Assembly (NCBI GenBank): GCA_002633005.1
Contig: NMRA01000237.1
Span: 576,559 to 620,224 of the forward strand
Reading direction: 5' to 3'
Length of the DNA: 43,666 nucleotides
Source of the DNA: Phoronis australis
Lineage: Eukaryota > Animalia > Phoronida
Shown here: positions 25,901 to 36,835 of the stretch, one piece after another
How positions within the stretch are numbered: the stretch's first letter is position 1
How the letters are laid out: each line of letters opens with the position of its first letter
The notes under the pieces: generated by a model
The model's input: the letters and a program-made list of their open reading frames with translations, nothing else
The model's database searches: none
What the model was told of the DNA's origin: nothing
Position numbers and translations under genes: made by a program

Positions 25901-26151
25901 TATTACTTGTTTTACAAAAAAGTCACCAAAACTGTTGTTTTTACAAATATAAGTTTACTAAGCTCTTTGGTGATTATTAGGTAACTTCAAACTCAAATTT
26001 CTCAAAAATGTGCAACTTTATATGTGGGAACTTTTTAGATTTTGAAAACACTCTAATAAATGAATTAAAAAACACCAAAATAAAATTGCCCCCCTAAAGT
26101 ACTCACAAAAACCATTTTCTAGAGGCCCTACAAAATCTGGCCCACCGACTA
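22986..26151 (+). mobile_element. Academ-type DNA transposon, internally deleted
   Basis: TAG...CTA termini with perfect 17-bp TIRs TAGTCGGTGGGCCAGAT, extending imperfectly ~140 bp; flanks AAA/AAG. Remnants KDLV-LEAKYHRSSC (~24700) and C-terminal Cys-rich CKCKKNMC...CTEMCSCDNCSN (~25260-25360). Confidence 0.8.
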
Positions 26152-26599
26152 AAGGATTTCATCGCGTTTATTCCCCTTTGTTTATTCAGCGATGTTATAT
26201 TTTCTCATCACGATATCTCCTCTTTTACTTATGCCATTTTCTCAAACTATATCTGAAAACTGAGCCCTTAACTTAATGAAAACAGAAAAACGACCAAGTC
26301 CTTAAATTACAGATGTTACATAAAAATTTTCCTGTTTATTTTTATTAAAGTTTCAATAGAGTTTCTTATCAAAGGTAAAGTTTGACTTAGCAATGGAGAT
26401 GAAACAGCAGAAAAGGGCAATCAATGTTTACACAAAGTCCGCAAATACTCAGATAACAGCATGATTGCTCACAAAAGCAACCAGGAAATACAGGGTGGTT
26501 TGTTGAGTACATGAGTAATATTTTTAGTTCTATCCTCGAAAACTAGGAGCAGTAGAATTGAAATTTGTCGAACTGAAAAGTAAGATTATTTTTTTATCC

Positions 26600-27100
26600 T
26601 TCATTTCAGGTTAACTTGTGTTACTTATGTTGCTATGCGCAAATTGAAGGTGTCCCATTCCCAAAGATACTCTGAAATATGAATATCAGAAATTTGTTCT
26701 ACTGGGAACAAAGTATGTTTTTGTACTCCAGAAAAGCACAGAATTTAAGAGAAGTGGAAGAGTTATTGCAGAGAAGCAACGAATGGAGTTTTTTCAGATT
26801 GACTCTTGTACAGACTTCGCATGTTGAACAGAAAGAGCAAACGTTCTTCAATGATCACATCATTTCATTCAAAAACATAGAAACAGTTCCTTGCATTTTT
26901 CTTCGCCTTCCTTGGCACAATCAGCTTTGCTGAAAGCTTGACATCTGCGCGGTTGCCACACACAAGTGGTTGCGTTTGGCGTCAAAACAGTTTTGTTCTC
27001 TGCAGAGTCTACTGTAGCACTTTTTCTCATTTCTACACATTGTAAAACTACAGGTTCCATTTTGCGCGCTGAAAGTCCCCCGTTTCTCCGGTAATGTCCC
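26600..27100 (-). mobile_element. Possible Kolobok-like remnant
   Basis: TTAA|AGGGACATT terminus on the minus strand at ~27100, plus weak decayed coding motifs (LLFLFN, ILCFSG); second terminus not found. Confidence 0.3.
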
Positions 27101-27453
27101 TTTAAAAATACTCTTTCCTATACATTCACCAATTTAGAACACAAGATGTCGCTAAAATAAAATATTTCGTAACTTTCAGCCATTTTTGTGCTAAGCCTTA
27201 ATTTACTATTTATTTTGATAAAACCGTATTACACATGGCGATAGTGAGAACCCACAATAATGCATGAATCACCTGTCACTACGGTGGCTATTTTAAATGG
27301 AAATGCGACAACAAGCAAATTAAACTTAAAATCATATTAAATTCAATTAAAGCCTATCTTAAACGGTAACACCAGTAAATTTGGTTTCTATGGTATGTTA
27401 AGAGCATCGCTTTGAGCCCACTAGTGCCATAAATTGTCAAATAAGGGAACTGT

Positions 27454-27621
27454 TAGGCGTATTGGCTTGCTTTTGCCTAAGTCACCGCGAGAATCACCTT
27501 CTACTTCAAACAGCTGCGAATAACACCCGCACACAATGGTGTCCTATTCAGACCCCCTGTTATCGGTCTTTTGTTGTTTTGCCGGTGATCTCGCGGTGAC
27601 ACAATCGATATGGCTTCGCCT
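27454..27621. repeat. Short inverted-repeat element (MITE-like)
   Basis: GTCACCGCGAGAATCACC (27481) pairs with GGTGATCTCGCGGTGAC (~27584-27600); outer TAGGCG...CGCCTA. Confidence 0.5.
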
Positions 27622-28320
27622 ATCATTTGACGGGACTACATTTGCGTGATTAAACTCACGTTTTCTTATTTTGCTAAGTCTGCTAGGACTACCTGGTTAG
27701 CCCAATCTAAAATAACAAAATTCAGTTGAAATTAGGCTCTACAGTAATAGTGTGCGGATTAGCTGGAGAGCCGCCTATGGGCTATTCGTGAAAAAACAGT
27801 CAAAGGTCACGTGACTACTTAGGCTTGGAAAACTTGTCACTATGAAAAATGGCGAAGAAAACACAGTAGAAGCAAAGACGTTAACAAGACTAATCTCATT
27901 GGCCGTCGCCATTATTGTATTGTGTCATGGACCGTAGCGACATCTAGCGGGTGTGGGCTACGACGAAGAACCCGAGACGTCGCCTACTATAGCCGATTTT
28001 GTTTTGTCAAATTCAAAATTGTGAAGTGTTTTTGTTCAAAACATTGAGAATGTAAAATATGAGAGGTGTATAGGAAAAAAAACAGACAAAATATAGAGTA
28101 AATCAAGAAAAAATTCGGGCAGGGAAGCTAATGTTAATTACGGGAAATACATCATAAGCAAGAGGATGACTCAGTAATCAGTAGTGATCAGGTGACAGTA
28201 AACGATTGGCGAATGGGCAGATACAGAGCCCGCAGGATTTTGTCTAGGGGAGTCAGGGAAGAAATAAACATAAGACAGGTCTTCTGAAGGTAACAGGAAA
28301 AATGCTACATTTTCTTTCAA

Positions 28321-28536
28321 CATAGGCCTAGGAAGCAGAGAGAGGGTAGGCGCCCCTCAAACAAAAGGTTGGAGGTGGAGAATGTTTTCCGCCCCCCAAT
28401 ATTTCAGGTGTTAATAAGTATCAATTAATTCACAATTAATTTGTTAAACCTTTCAACACAAAACTTTGTTTTAAAAATTGCACAATTAACAGACTCCTGT
28501 ACCCCCAAAAACCATCAAGTGTTTCCTACGCCAATG
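28321..28536. mobile_element. hAT-type MITE
   Basis: TIRs CATAGGCCTAGGAA / TTCCTACGCCAATG (12 of 14 match); no clear TSD. Confidence 0.55.
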
Positions 28537-29388
28537 TCCAAAAACTGCCCTCTTACGGCATCCGAACAGGGCTCCAGATCTTTGTTTATTAAATTCACAC
28601 CTTACGACATTCTAAATTAAAGCAGGGAGGACGGGGGGGGGGGGGGGTTGTGCCCGGTTGCAAGAAACAGTCCCAAATAGCGACTCATCTGAGTTACCTA
28701 AATCTTTTGCGTATTTGTTTCGTTCCTCTCTCACATATGCTATATTTCCCTATCATTTGATCTTTGCTATGATCAAGGCTCCGCCTTCCACCATTTTAGT
28801 TGGAGTTGTGTTGAATAATACGACAGATCTAACTTGCGTTAAAATTCGTCTAACTAAAATGGAGGTGACAGAGTGTGTAGGACTTTACCGATAAACCTTT
28901 GGATTTCGGCAATTATCTACAAGGTATAACTCAGTAAAAGAATATATTTTAGGAAAGTAGAAAGCGTTTAAAGTTCTATTTTGACACCAATCTGTCATCA
29001 GATGGGTCACGTGAGTATGTCGTTTTAGTAACATGTAGCGAAAAAAGGTACATTCTTAGCAAAACAAAGCTAAATACATGACCTAACTATGTTTTATACA
29101 CTGTAAATGTTGAAGATGAACTCTCAATACCGCTGTTACAATAAGTTAAACGGTCATTTTCGATTTCGTTTTATGTAACTTGATTTTTTCAAAAAATCAT
29201 AAAGACTTATTTTTGATAGCCTCTCATGCAAAGGTAGAAAATTTTAAAACAATTCGTGCAGCGTTTTCGAGAACAGAGCATAAAGAATAGTATATGAAAG
29301 TTACAAATGAATACGATCAGCCATATCGGAGATATGACAGTCCGAATTTAACCAAATTTGAACTATTTTCTGGAATCCTACCTACATA

Positions 29389-29715
29389 CCGGGATTTTCC
29401 GTAGATAAGCACAGGCGATGGAACGCCCATAGGCGTTTATTCGGAAAATAATGCCGAATAAACGCCCATGGGCGTTTATTTGTTGTTTCAACTTCTGGTG
29501 TCAAGTGCACAGATAGTGGGGCGTTTATTCGAAAATTTCCTCTTAAAAGCCCACTCAACATCAACTCTTTATAACAAATTCAGTTTTGTGGGGGCATTTA
29601 TCATTTTTAAAAACGCATTTATAAGCGCTCGGAGTTTATTTGGTGTTACTAAAACGCCTGAAAAATTTTCATTTTCCGAATACACGCGCATGGGTGTATC
29701 TATGTAAAATCCCGG
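29389..29715. mobile_element. Tc1/mariner-superfamily (pogo/Tc2-like) MITE
   Basis: TA|CCGGGATTTT.C.TAGATA ... TATCTATGTAAAATCCCGG|TA; TA TSD; internal GGCGTTTATT repeats in both orientations. Confidence 0.85.
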
Positions 29716-30014
29716 TAACCAAACACATCTTTCTGATACAGTGTACCATTATTTAACCATTCATTGTGCTACTTCGCTTTTTCGACTAATGTTTTTTTTC
29801 TTAAAACCATGGGTCTCTCACCGTAGAACGCAATCTCTCAGATACTTAAATTTTCTATTATTCCTTGTTGATAAAATACCTATGAATTATGTTCATTTTG
29901 TCGAGTTTTGGAAATAAGAGCATAAACAAAGGTAACACCATGGCGAAGAGTTGTGCTCTCTCAGAGGTTTCAGGAGCGTTAGTTATTTTTCTGCAAAGAT
30001 AACATACAACTCAC

Positions 30015-30096
30015 CGGTGCAAGAGGCAAATCCTAGTAAAATACACCAAAGTGTGAACAGGTGAGATAACGATGAATGCAACAACTTTTTCTCCAT
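30015..30096 (-). CDS. Exon 1 (signal peptide) of a secreted kringle-kringle-mucin-PAN gene
   Basis: ATG at 30096 reads MEKKLLHSSLSHLFTLWCILLGFASCT(G): basic N-terminus, hydrophobic core, small-residue cleavage region. Ends in a consensus phase-1 donor G|gtgagt, matching the phase of the kringle exons. Confidence 0.8.
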
Positions 30097-30839
30097 AGTT
30101 TCGCGCGAATCCCGGCTAAAATAATAGCTCTAAACACGTATAGCGTATTTTAAGTCATCGTGGTTTCGATCGATACATGTTTGTTGTATGGTACGTGGAT
30201 GACTGCGAACCGTCGCTGGCTTTTGTGAACAATTGAATTAGCCAAGTCCAATGCAAAAAGTAAGAAATGAAAATTAACTGGAACAGAACGAAGGTCTTAT
30301 TCTGGTTCTGCAGCAGTTTTGAAATTGATGTTGAGCCGTCCCTTGTGTTTTACTTGTCGTGTAACGTGAATAACAAGTAGCCACATACACCAGTGCCTTG
30401 TGTTCGAAGAATAACTTTGACAAACTCAATTTTACAGCCGCAAAAACGTGTTCTGGTGGTGTGAAAAACAGCATTCTTCACTTGTGTATTTGGTCCTCTT
30501 TAGCGTTCTTGCCTTTTATTTGCATTGAGATTGGTTACAATAAAACGCCCGGTTAGACAGGTTTTATACCGAAGCTACGAAACTACGCCAAAGTAAAACG
30601 CAAAAGCCAAAATCACCGAAAACACGTCGGGTATTTTCGTAGTAACAAATTATTCCTCAGAGGTGTTTCATGTCTGGCCATGTGCGAATTTCAATCATAA
30701 CAGTAAGTAATGTGATTCGCAAAATAAAGAATGTTGTCGAATGCGCCGTCACATCCTCGCAACAATTGTGTTAACGACACTTAATTAAGCAGACAGACTA
30801 AGGATCATGAGCATGACGTCACGTACTGAGACTTTTGGG

Positions 30840-32549
30840 ACCTGAAGGGATGAAGCCATGATTTAAATCATCTCTTGAACAAATCCTTCTGCTGAAATGG
30901 TTGAATTTCACACATGCGCAGATATGAAACACCTCATACGGATGAGTTGAGGTAACGGAAATGCACGAGTTGCCCCGGATGAGCCAAAACCCCGCGCAGC
31001 TACCTACTTGGAAATTTCTGTGAGAGAAGGCGATGATCAACAAAAGATATTTCAACAACTACAGGAGTTGGGAGAATCAGTTACTGTTTACAAGGAAATC
31101 GTTGTCGTTATTGTATGTGCGTGCGTGTGTGTGTGTGCGTGTGCGTGTGTGTGTGTTTGTGCGTGTGATGGCAACATATCTAAAAACAACGTCGAGATGT
31201 TTTATTTTTCGGAAACACACGTGTAATCATAAACGAGACAACACCGTTGCCGATGATGTTTATTGTCATATTTCATAATATGCAGACAAAATTGATCACA
31301 ACAGGTTACCGTTAGATCTATTTATGTCTTACGCTTTTCAGTAATTTTTCACTCAAACATTATCGCCTGTTCCTGGCAATAATTATCGCTTCGCAAACTA
31401 CACAGAATCACAAACCTTGCAGGATTTATTGTACACCAGCTTTTTACATTCCACACGTGTTGGCTACCACTTGGTAGATTTGTCAAACAGATTCTATTTT
31501 ATCCCTAACGCGTTGAATAAGTTGAGTGCAATACGGTCATGTAATATTTTTTCCATAGCGCACTCCCGGGACTACTCTTACAGTGTCCTCTGACATGAAA
31601 ACAGGTAGGTCAATGTCGATCCGACGTCATTAGCCTGCTCGATCATCAAACTTTCCCAAAATTTTTTAAACTAACAAAGTTGCAGCAGCATATAATGATA
31701 CTCAATATGCAATCAGGCCCCAAGCATATCATCTGGTGCAAAACTGTTAATTACATAATACTTCAGTTTTATATGCTAAATATATGATCTGCAACTCAAG
31801 CACCGATTCCTAGGCAATTACAATGTTAAACACTGTTGTCATTTAATTATTTTCAGTAAATGTTACAACTTCAGTGCACAGTTACCGTTGTTTTCATCTT
31901 TGGTATCTCTTTTCAAGTAATTTATCGTTACATTTAATACTGCTTTCTTTAACTAGAGTAAACTTGTAACACAACGCGCAAGTTGCTTGTGATCCGCCAC
32001 GTGAACAATCTGGATGAAGTATTTTAAGGCTGTGTCGAAAAACTAAAAGAAACTAAGATATCGAAGCTCATGAGATAAGCACAAAATGTACCTCGAGGGT
32101 CGTAGATGAAATAATATCGGTTTCCACTCGACCTTCAGTGCCTGTCGATACACGGAATGATGTCTGGTGGGATATTATTTCATCTGCGCCATTCTCGATA
32201 CCTTTTATGTATGTATTCACGTAGTTTCGTAGTTCCAAATCTGCCACTAAAATCCACAGGCAATTCTCTTTCATTAAATGCCATATATGCGTGCTCCGCG
32301 ACCTAATTTCAAATGCAAAATTGGTCCATATTCAGTCCAGGTCAATGAGACTCACGCGGGATGCCCGTTCCGTAGTTGGAAGTCTTCACGACATATCGTC
32401 ATGTATTCCAAGCGAAGCACGTGATCACGCTATCTTAAGTCGCGAGATTCTTGCATCAATGGAACGCAGCCCGGGTTTCTGGCGCAGTCAAGATGGTGTC
32501 TGGATACTGACGTAATGTGCAGTTGGTTTATCAACAAAATATGTGCCAC
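30840..32549 (-). pseudogene. Decayed voltage-gated K+ channel (Kv)-like / T1-BTB pseudogene
   Basis: Exon-like 32356-32549 gives GGTYF / TLRQYPDTILTAPETRAAFH / RDHVLRLEY / NYGTG across frameshifts (T1 domain). A 53-bp gtgagt..ttag intron follows, then exon 32092-32302 ending WKP../FIYDP. Weaker S2-S4-like traces lie at 30840-31210. Confidence 0.5.
31115..31167. repeat. Imperfect (GT)n/(GTGC)n microsatellite
   Basis: Directly visible. Confidence 0.9.
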
Positions 32550-32585
32550 CTGATCAGGAGTCTGTTTTACCTTAGACAGAAATAA

Positions 32586-32643
32586 GGGCTCACTTAAAAC
32601 CAATCGGGTTCACTTAAAGCCAATCGGGCTCACTTAAAACCAA
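32586..32643. repeat. 20-bp tandem repeat, about 3 copies
   Basis: GGGYTCACTTAAARCCAATC repeated without spacers. Confidence 0.9.
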
Positions 32644-34309
32644 AATGTCTTAGCACCGTTTCGTAAATTTCATAAGAACCAAATTAAGACAGAAATCGGT
32701 CTAAGCTAAGAGAGAAAGTTTGCCTGCTACGGAGTAGGCTTAAAATTTCACTTTTGGTCTAAATGACCAAAATTTACAATTATCATAATTGTAAAATGTT
32801 GAAGAACAAATTTCGATTAATTTTTTTTCCAATATAATCTAAGAAAATGCGGCGAACGGGCTGTCGCCCTTTAGCTCGAGTCACTATTCGTATTCTGAAG
32901 TCCCTTGTGACGTCTACTAGTACTTTGAGCTATTTTGTGGCTAGTCCTTGATAGGCAAATGCCCATGCGGGTTCTCTGGAGATCTCGTGGTTTGAATCAA
33001 TCTTTGATCGGAGTTTGTGAAGTGTGGCTGTATCGTTGGTATACATATAATCTATGAACAAACTGCAGTGGCTGGTCTTATTATCTACTGGTGAATCGCA
33101 AACCCGTGACAAACATTATAGAAAATCTCACGAAAAACCTGCAAAATCTATCAAAAATTCATAAAAGCATTCAACTAATGTGCTCTTTCCTCAATTTTTG
33201 TCATTCATATTCACCCTATGTTATTTTATTAATAAACCAGCTTTCATTTTGGGTATATATTTTTAGTTACGTTAAAACGTCTGCAAAGCTTGACGAGTAC
33301 AAAAACTTGATTTTGGCCAAATATTTACGGGGACTTAGGTCTTTGTGTTATTTTATTTCCGAAAGCTTGTGTTCAAATTGTCCTTATAAACACCACTTTG
33401 GTATTTATTTGAACTTCAAAAAACATTTATCGATCAAACTATTACGACTTTCGATTCTTGTTCAGCTTTAAAGTGTATGCTTATTGATGCAAACACGACT
33501 AAATGTTATTCGGACACAAAGCGCATTGTTGTAGCATGGATTTTAATTAACCAATGGTTGTACAGGGTAAGCAAACAAAGTTTTTGTATTTTCGCGTCTG
33601 TCTCTGTAGCAGGAAGTGTTGGTTAAAGCATAGTCGCCATGTTTTACTTAGGACGACTTTGTTTATATTTGTCTACTATCTATATTATAGCCTAGTCACT
33701 TGTACAGAACAACCCATGCACCTATCAATGTTGCAACTGAAAATTCAATAATAACAACTTTCATTGTTTGTTTGCCTAGTTTTCTTGAATTTTTTATTTT
33801 TTCGACACGTGCACGTTTAGTGTGCCTCAGCGGTTGCAGTAAAACAAATTCTTTATTTCGGACTCATCTCCAGATTGTTGAAGGCACAACATTACAGAGC
33901 CTCTAAATTCTGGTATCGATCCCCTGTATCCGGACCTGTCACAAAACTCACAATACAACTTGCATACCCGCGCTCCTAAACTCCGCAGCACTGACCAAAA
34001 TCGATACCCAGTCACTCTTTGCCCTTGCGACGTAGTGCGAGCCGATTCGACGGGATTAAACTATCCGGGGAATAAAACTGACTTAAAGTGAGCTGTCTCA
34101 AACATGCATATAAACTCAAGGTTTAAATTTATTACTTTCATATTTCATGAATCTCTCCTTCTTCATTACGAAGAACATTAGCAATTTTTCAGCGAATCAT
34201 TTGTCGTGTCAAATATGTATGCGTGCTGTTTGGGGCTTGACACTGACAGACTTTCCTTTCAAGGAGTAGAAGCCACAGACGACGCCGGGAAGAACGGGCT
34301 GTTCTAAAA

Positions 34310-34377
34310 CCCCCTCGACCCCCACACCCCTCGACCCACTCGACCCACGACCCCCTAGATCCACGACCCTCGACCCA
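34310..34377. repeat. Degenerate (CTCGACCC)n repeat
   Basis: About 6-7 imperfect copies of CTCGACCC/CACGACCC. Confidence 0.8.
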
Positions 34378-35786
34378 GTTTACACAAGTTCGACTTGATT
34401 TGGACATAGAACAAGCACTGACGTGTAGGACCAATAAGTTGGGCCGTGAGCTCGGCTGTCTTTTCCCTGTTTTTTGAAATTAAGGCAGTCTATTCGGCAA
34501 GTTTGAAAGCCAAAAACGGAAAAAAAAACAACGCGACCAAATCAATTCAAAAACCTACAAACCTTGCAAGTGTCGTTTCTGGCAGTGTGTAATCGTCTCG
34601 TCTGCTCTTCTATCTGGAATTTAGAGAAACGACCGAGCAATCATTTCCGACACTTGTTTTCTATTGATGAAATAAGTATAACTCTCCATAGATTATAAGG
34701 CCAAAACGCACAGCTTGTTCTGATCCATACCCCGACTCAGTTTAAGACATGCTCTCACTAATTAAAAGTAAAAAAAAACAAAAAAACACCAACCTGCATC
34801 AATTTCAGGCCAGGTAACATGTTGTTTTTGAAAAACTGCCCAAGGGCATATAAGTAGAGATAAGCAAGGTTTCAAACGCCATAATATGCCTAGCGATACA
34901 TAATAACCTATGAATGACTCACCTTGGGTTAGCCACTCAAACGGGGATGGACAGTTTAAAAGTGACCTCCATTACGGCGGCACAAAATACTGCAACACCT
35001 AACTCGAGTTTGACTACTTGCAATCCCCCAAACTACACCACTGTGTACACACGGTGTGTTTTACTTCCCAGTTTATTTTTAAGAAGCGTGCTTTCAGATG
35101 TGGAAACAAACTTAACATAACATTAAGTCGCGCTTACCGTTGCGTTTGCGCGATTACTGGCAACACATCGAACCTTAAAAGCAACTTTTGAAGTCATGTT
35201 GTTATAAATGACACACAAAAAGTCCTTATTCAACCAAAGGCTTTCATTATGTGCCACAGGTTCATTAAAAGATTTCGTCGCAGTTTTAAGAATCAATCCT
35301 CGACCTTGTTCACCCAGTTTCAAAGTTGCAGACAGGACGGGGTCACGAGAAACTCTGCGAATGACCTATTTTCCATACGTAAACATTATTTAGATTGACT
35401 CGCCATGTTAAAGAGCAACACCAAAGTTATAATTGGCCATAGAACTCTAGCTCTGCAATGCCAACTTCCTCAAATCTACGTTTTCTATTGTTTGAGCTTG
35501 CGACACCGAGACTAGCCACGAGAGTTTGTACTGTGAATTTGATCGAGTGTTTTATTTATCAAATCATGTTTAATTTCATTGCTTCAATTTCATTTGGTCA
35601 TTCTTGTTCATCAAGCGAGACCCTTGAGGTACGATTACAGACAATCAGCGACTTTTCGGCAAAATTAGTGAACAAACCCGACAATTGCACTGGTCATATT
35701 TTTGCATCTACTTGTTGCCTTGACTGGATGCCGGCAATAGTCTGGCCTATCATATCTTTACAGCTCGTCTTTAGATCCACTTTCGA

Positions 35787-35870
35787 CAGTGTGAGCGTGA
35801 GTGTTTCTGTGTGCGCGCGCGCTTGTTTGTGTGCGTGTGTGTGTACGTGTGTGTACGTTTGTGAGTGCAT
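35787..35870. repeat. Imperfect (GT)n microsatellite
   Basis: Directly visible. Confidence 0.85.
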
Positions 35871-36362
35871 GTATATTCTATTACTGTTTTTAATTTCTTC
35901 TAAAACAATTCGTTCGTGCAATGTTTACCTGTTGTCCAGATGCTGGCGATTTCTGGGCAGTAATGTAATCTGTAGTATTTATCTATACTAGTGAAATAAG
36001 AATTTTAAAAACGTTTGCCTTTTAAAAGAAACCAGTCCAGCGTAAATCGTTCTTGCCAATTTCCCAGCTCTTGACGGAATGTCCCACTTTTTGAGGTTTT
36101 CCCGCCATTCCACATAGCCGCATTTTCCCATTCAACTAAAAAGAAAAAATCAAACGCAATTTCCCATTCGACCAAAAACAAGAGACCTCCTCGGGCACTT
36201 TTAGTGCTATCTCTTCCGTTTGACAAAAAAAAAAAATTTTGGGACGTTTTGTATGATGCGGCGACCAATTCACCCTTGCGTTTTGGCTTAGGTCCAGGTG
36301 TCATGTTTTTTTATTCGAAACTGCCATTTTTAAACCAATTGTCCCTTTTTTTCATTCTTGAA

Positions 36363-36835
36363 TGTTGACAACTATGCAACAGGTGTGCTTTGTCTCGAAT
36401 ACTGTTACTTTCCTGAGTTTACTTTCTTCAGGAACATAATTGTGGCCTTGTGAATATACAAAAGAATTTAATGGTATTGAAATCTTTATTTTTGTTCCGT
36501 GGCCCAAATGCGACCCATGAACACAGCAAAAATAAAGTCCGCACACCACTGAATACCATACAAAACTTGTTTGAATCTTATCTGCAAAGAACAGAAAAAA
36601 AACAAACCATGGAAAAAATTGTACACAAAAATTACAGCAAATTAAATACAATAACATCTACACAAATATACAAACAAAGCTTCAAACGATGGGGGCAGAG
36701 TGAATTAGCGAACCAGTGAAACAATAGGCTAGAAAGGGCCTAGCGGTGAGACAGAAAACTAATACTAAGTAAAACAAAGGAACCTCACATACAAAATACA
36801 CTATGAACAAAATAACCTGCAAATCATCCGCAACA
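36363..36835 (-). repeat. 3' LTR of the BEL/Pao element (473 bp)
   Basis: TGTTG...CAACA termini on the minus strand, preceded by PPT-like TTTTGAGGCCGG just after the pol stop (36885); internal AATAAA. Confidence 0.8.

Noticed and set aside
32586-32643. Short direct repeats as a possible CRISPR array
   Set aside because: 20-bp units abut with no spacers, there are no cas genes, and the context is eukaryotic.
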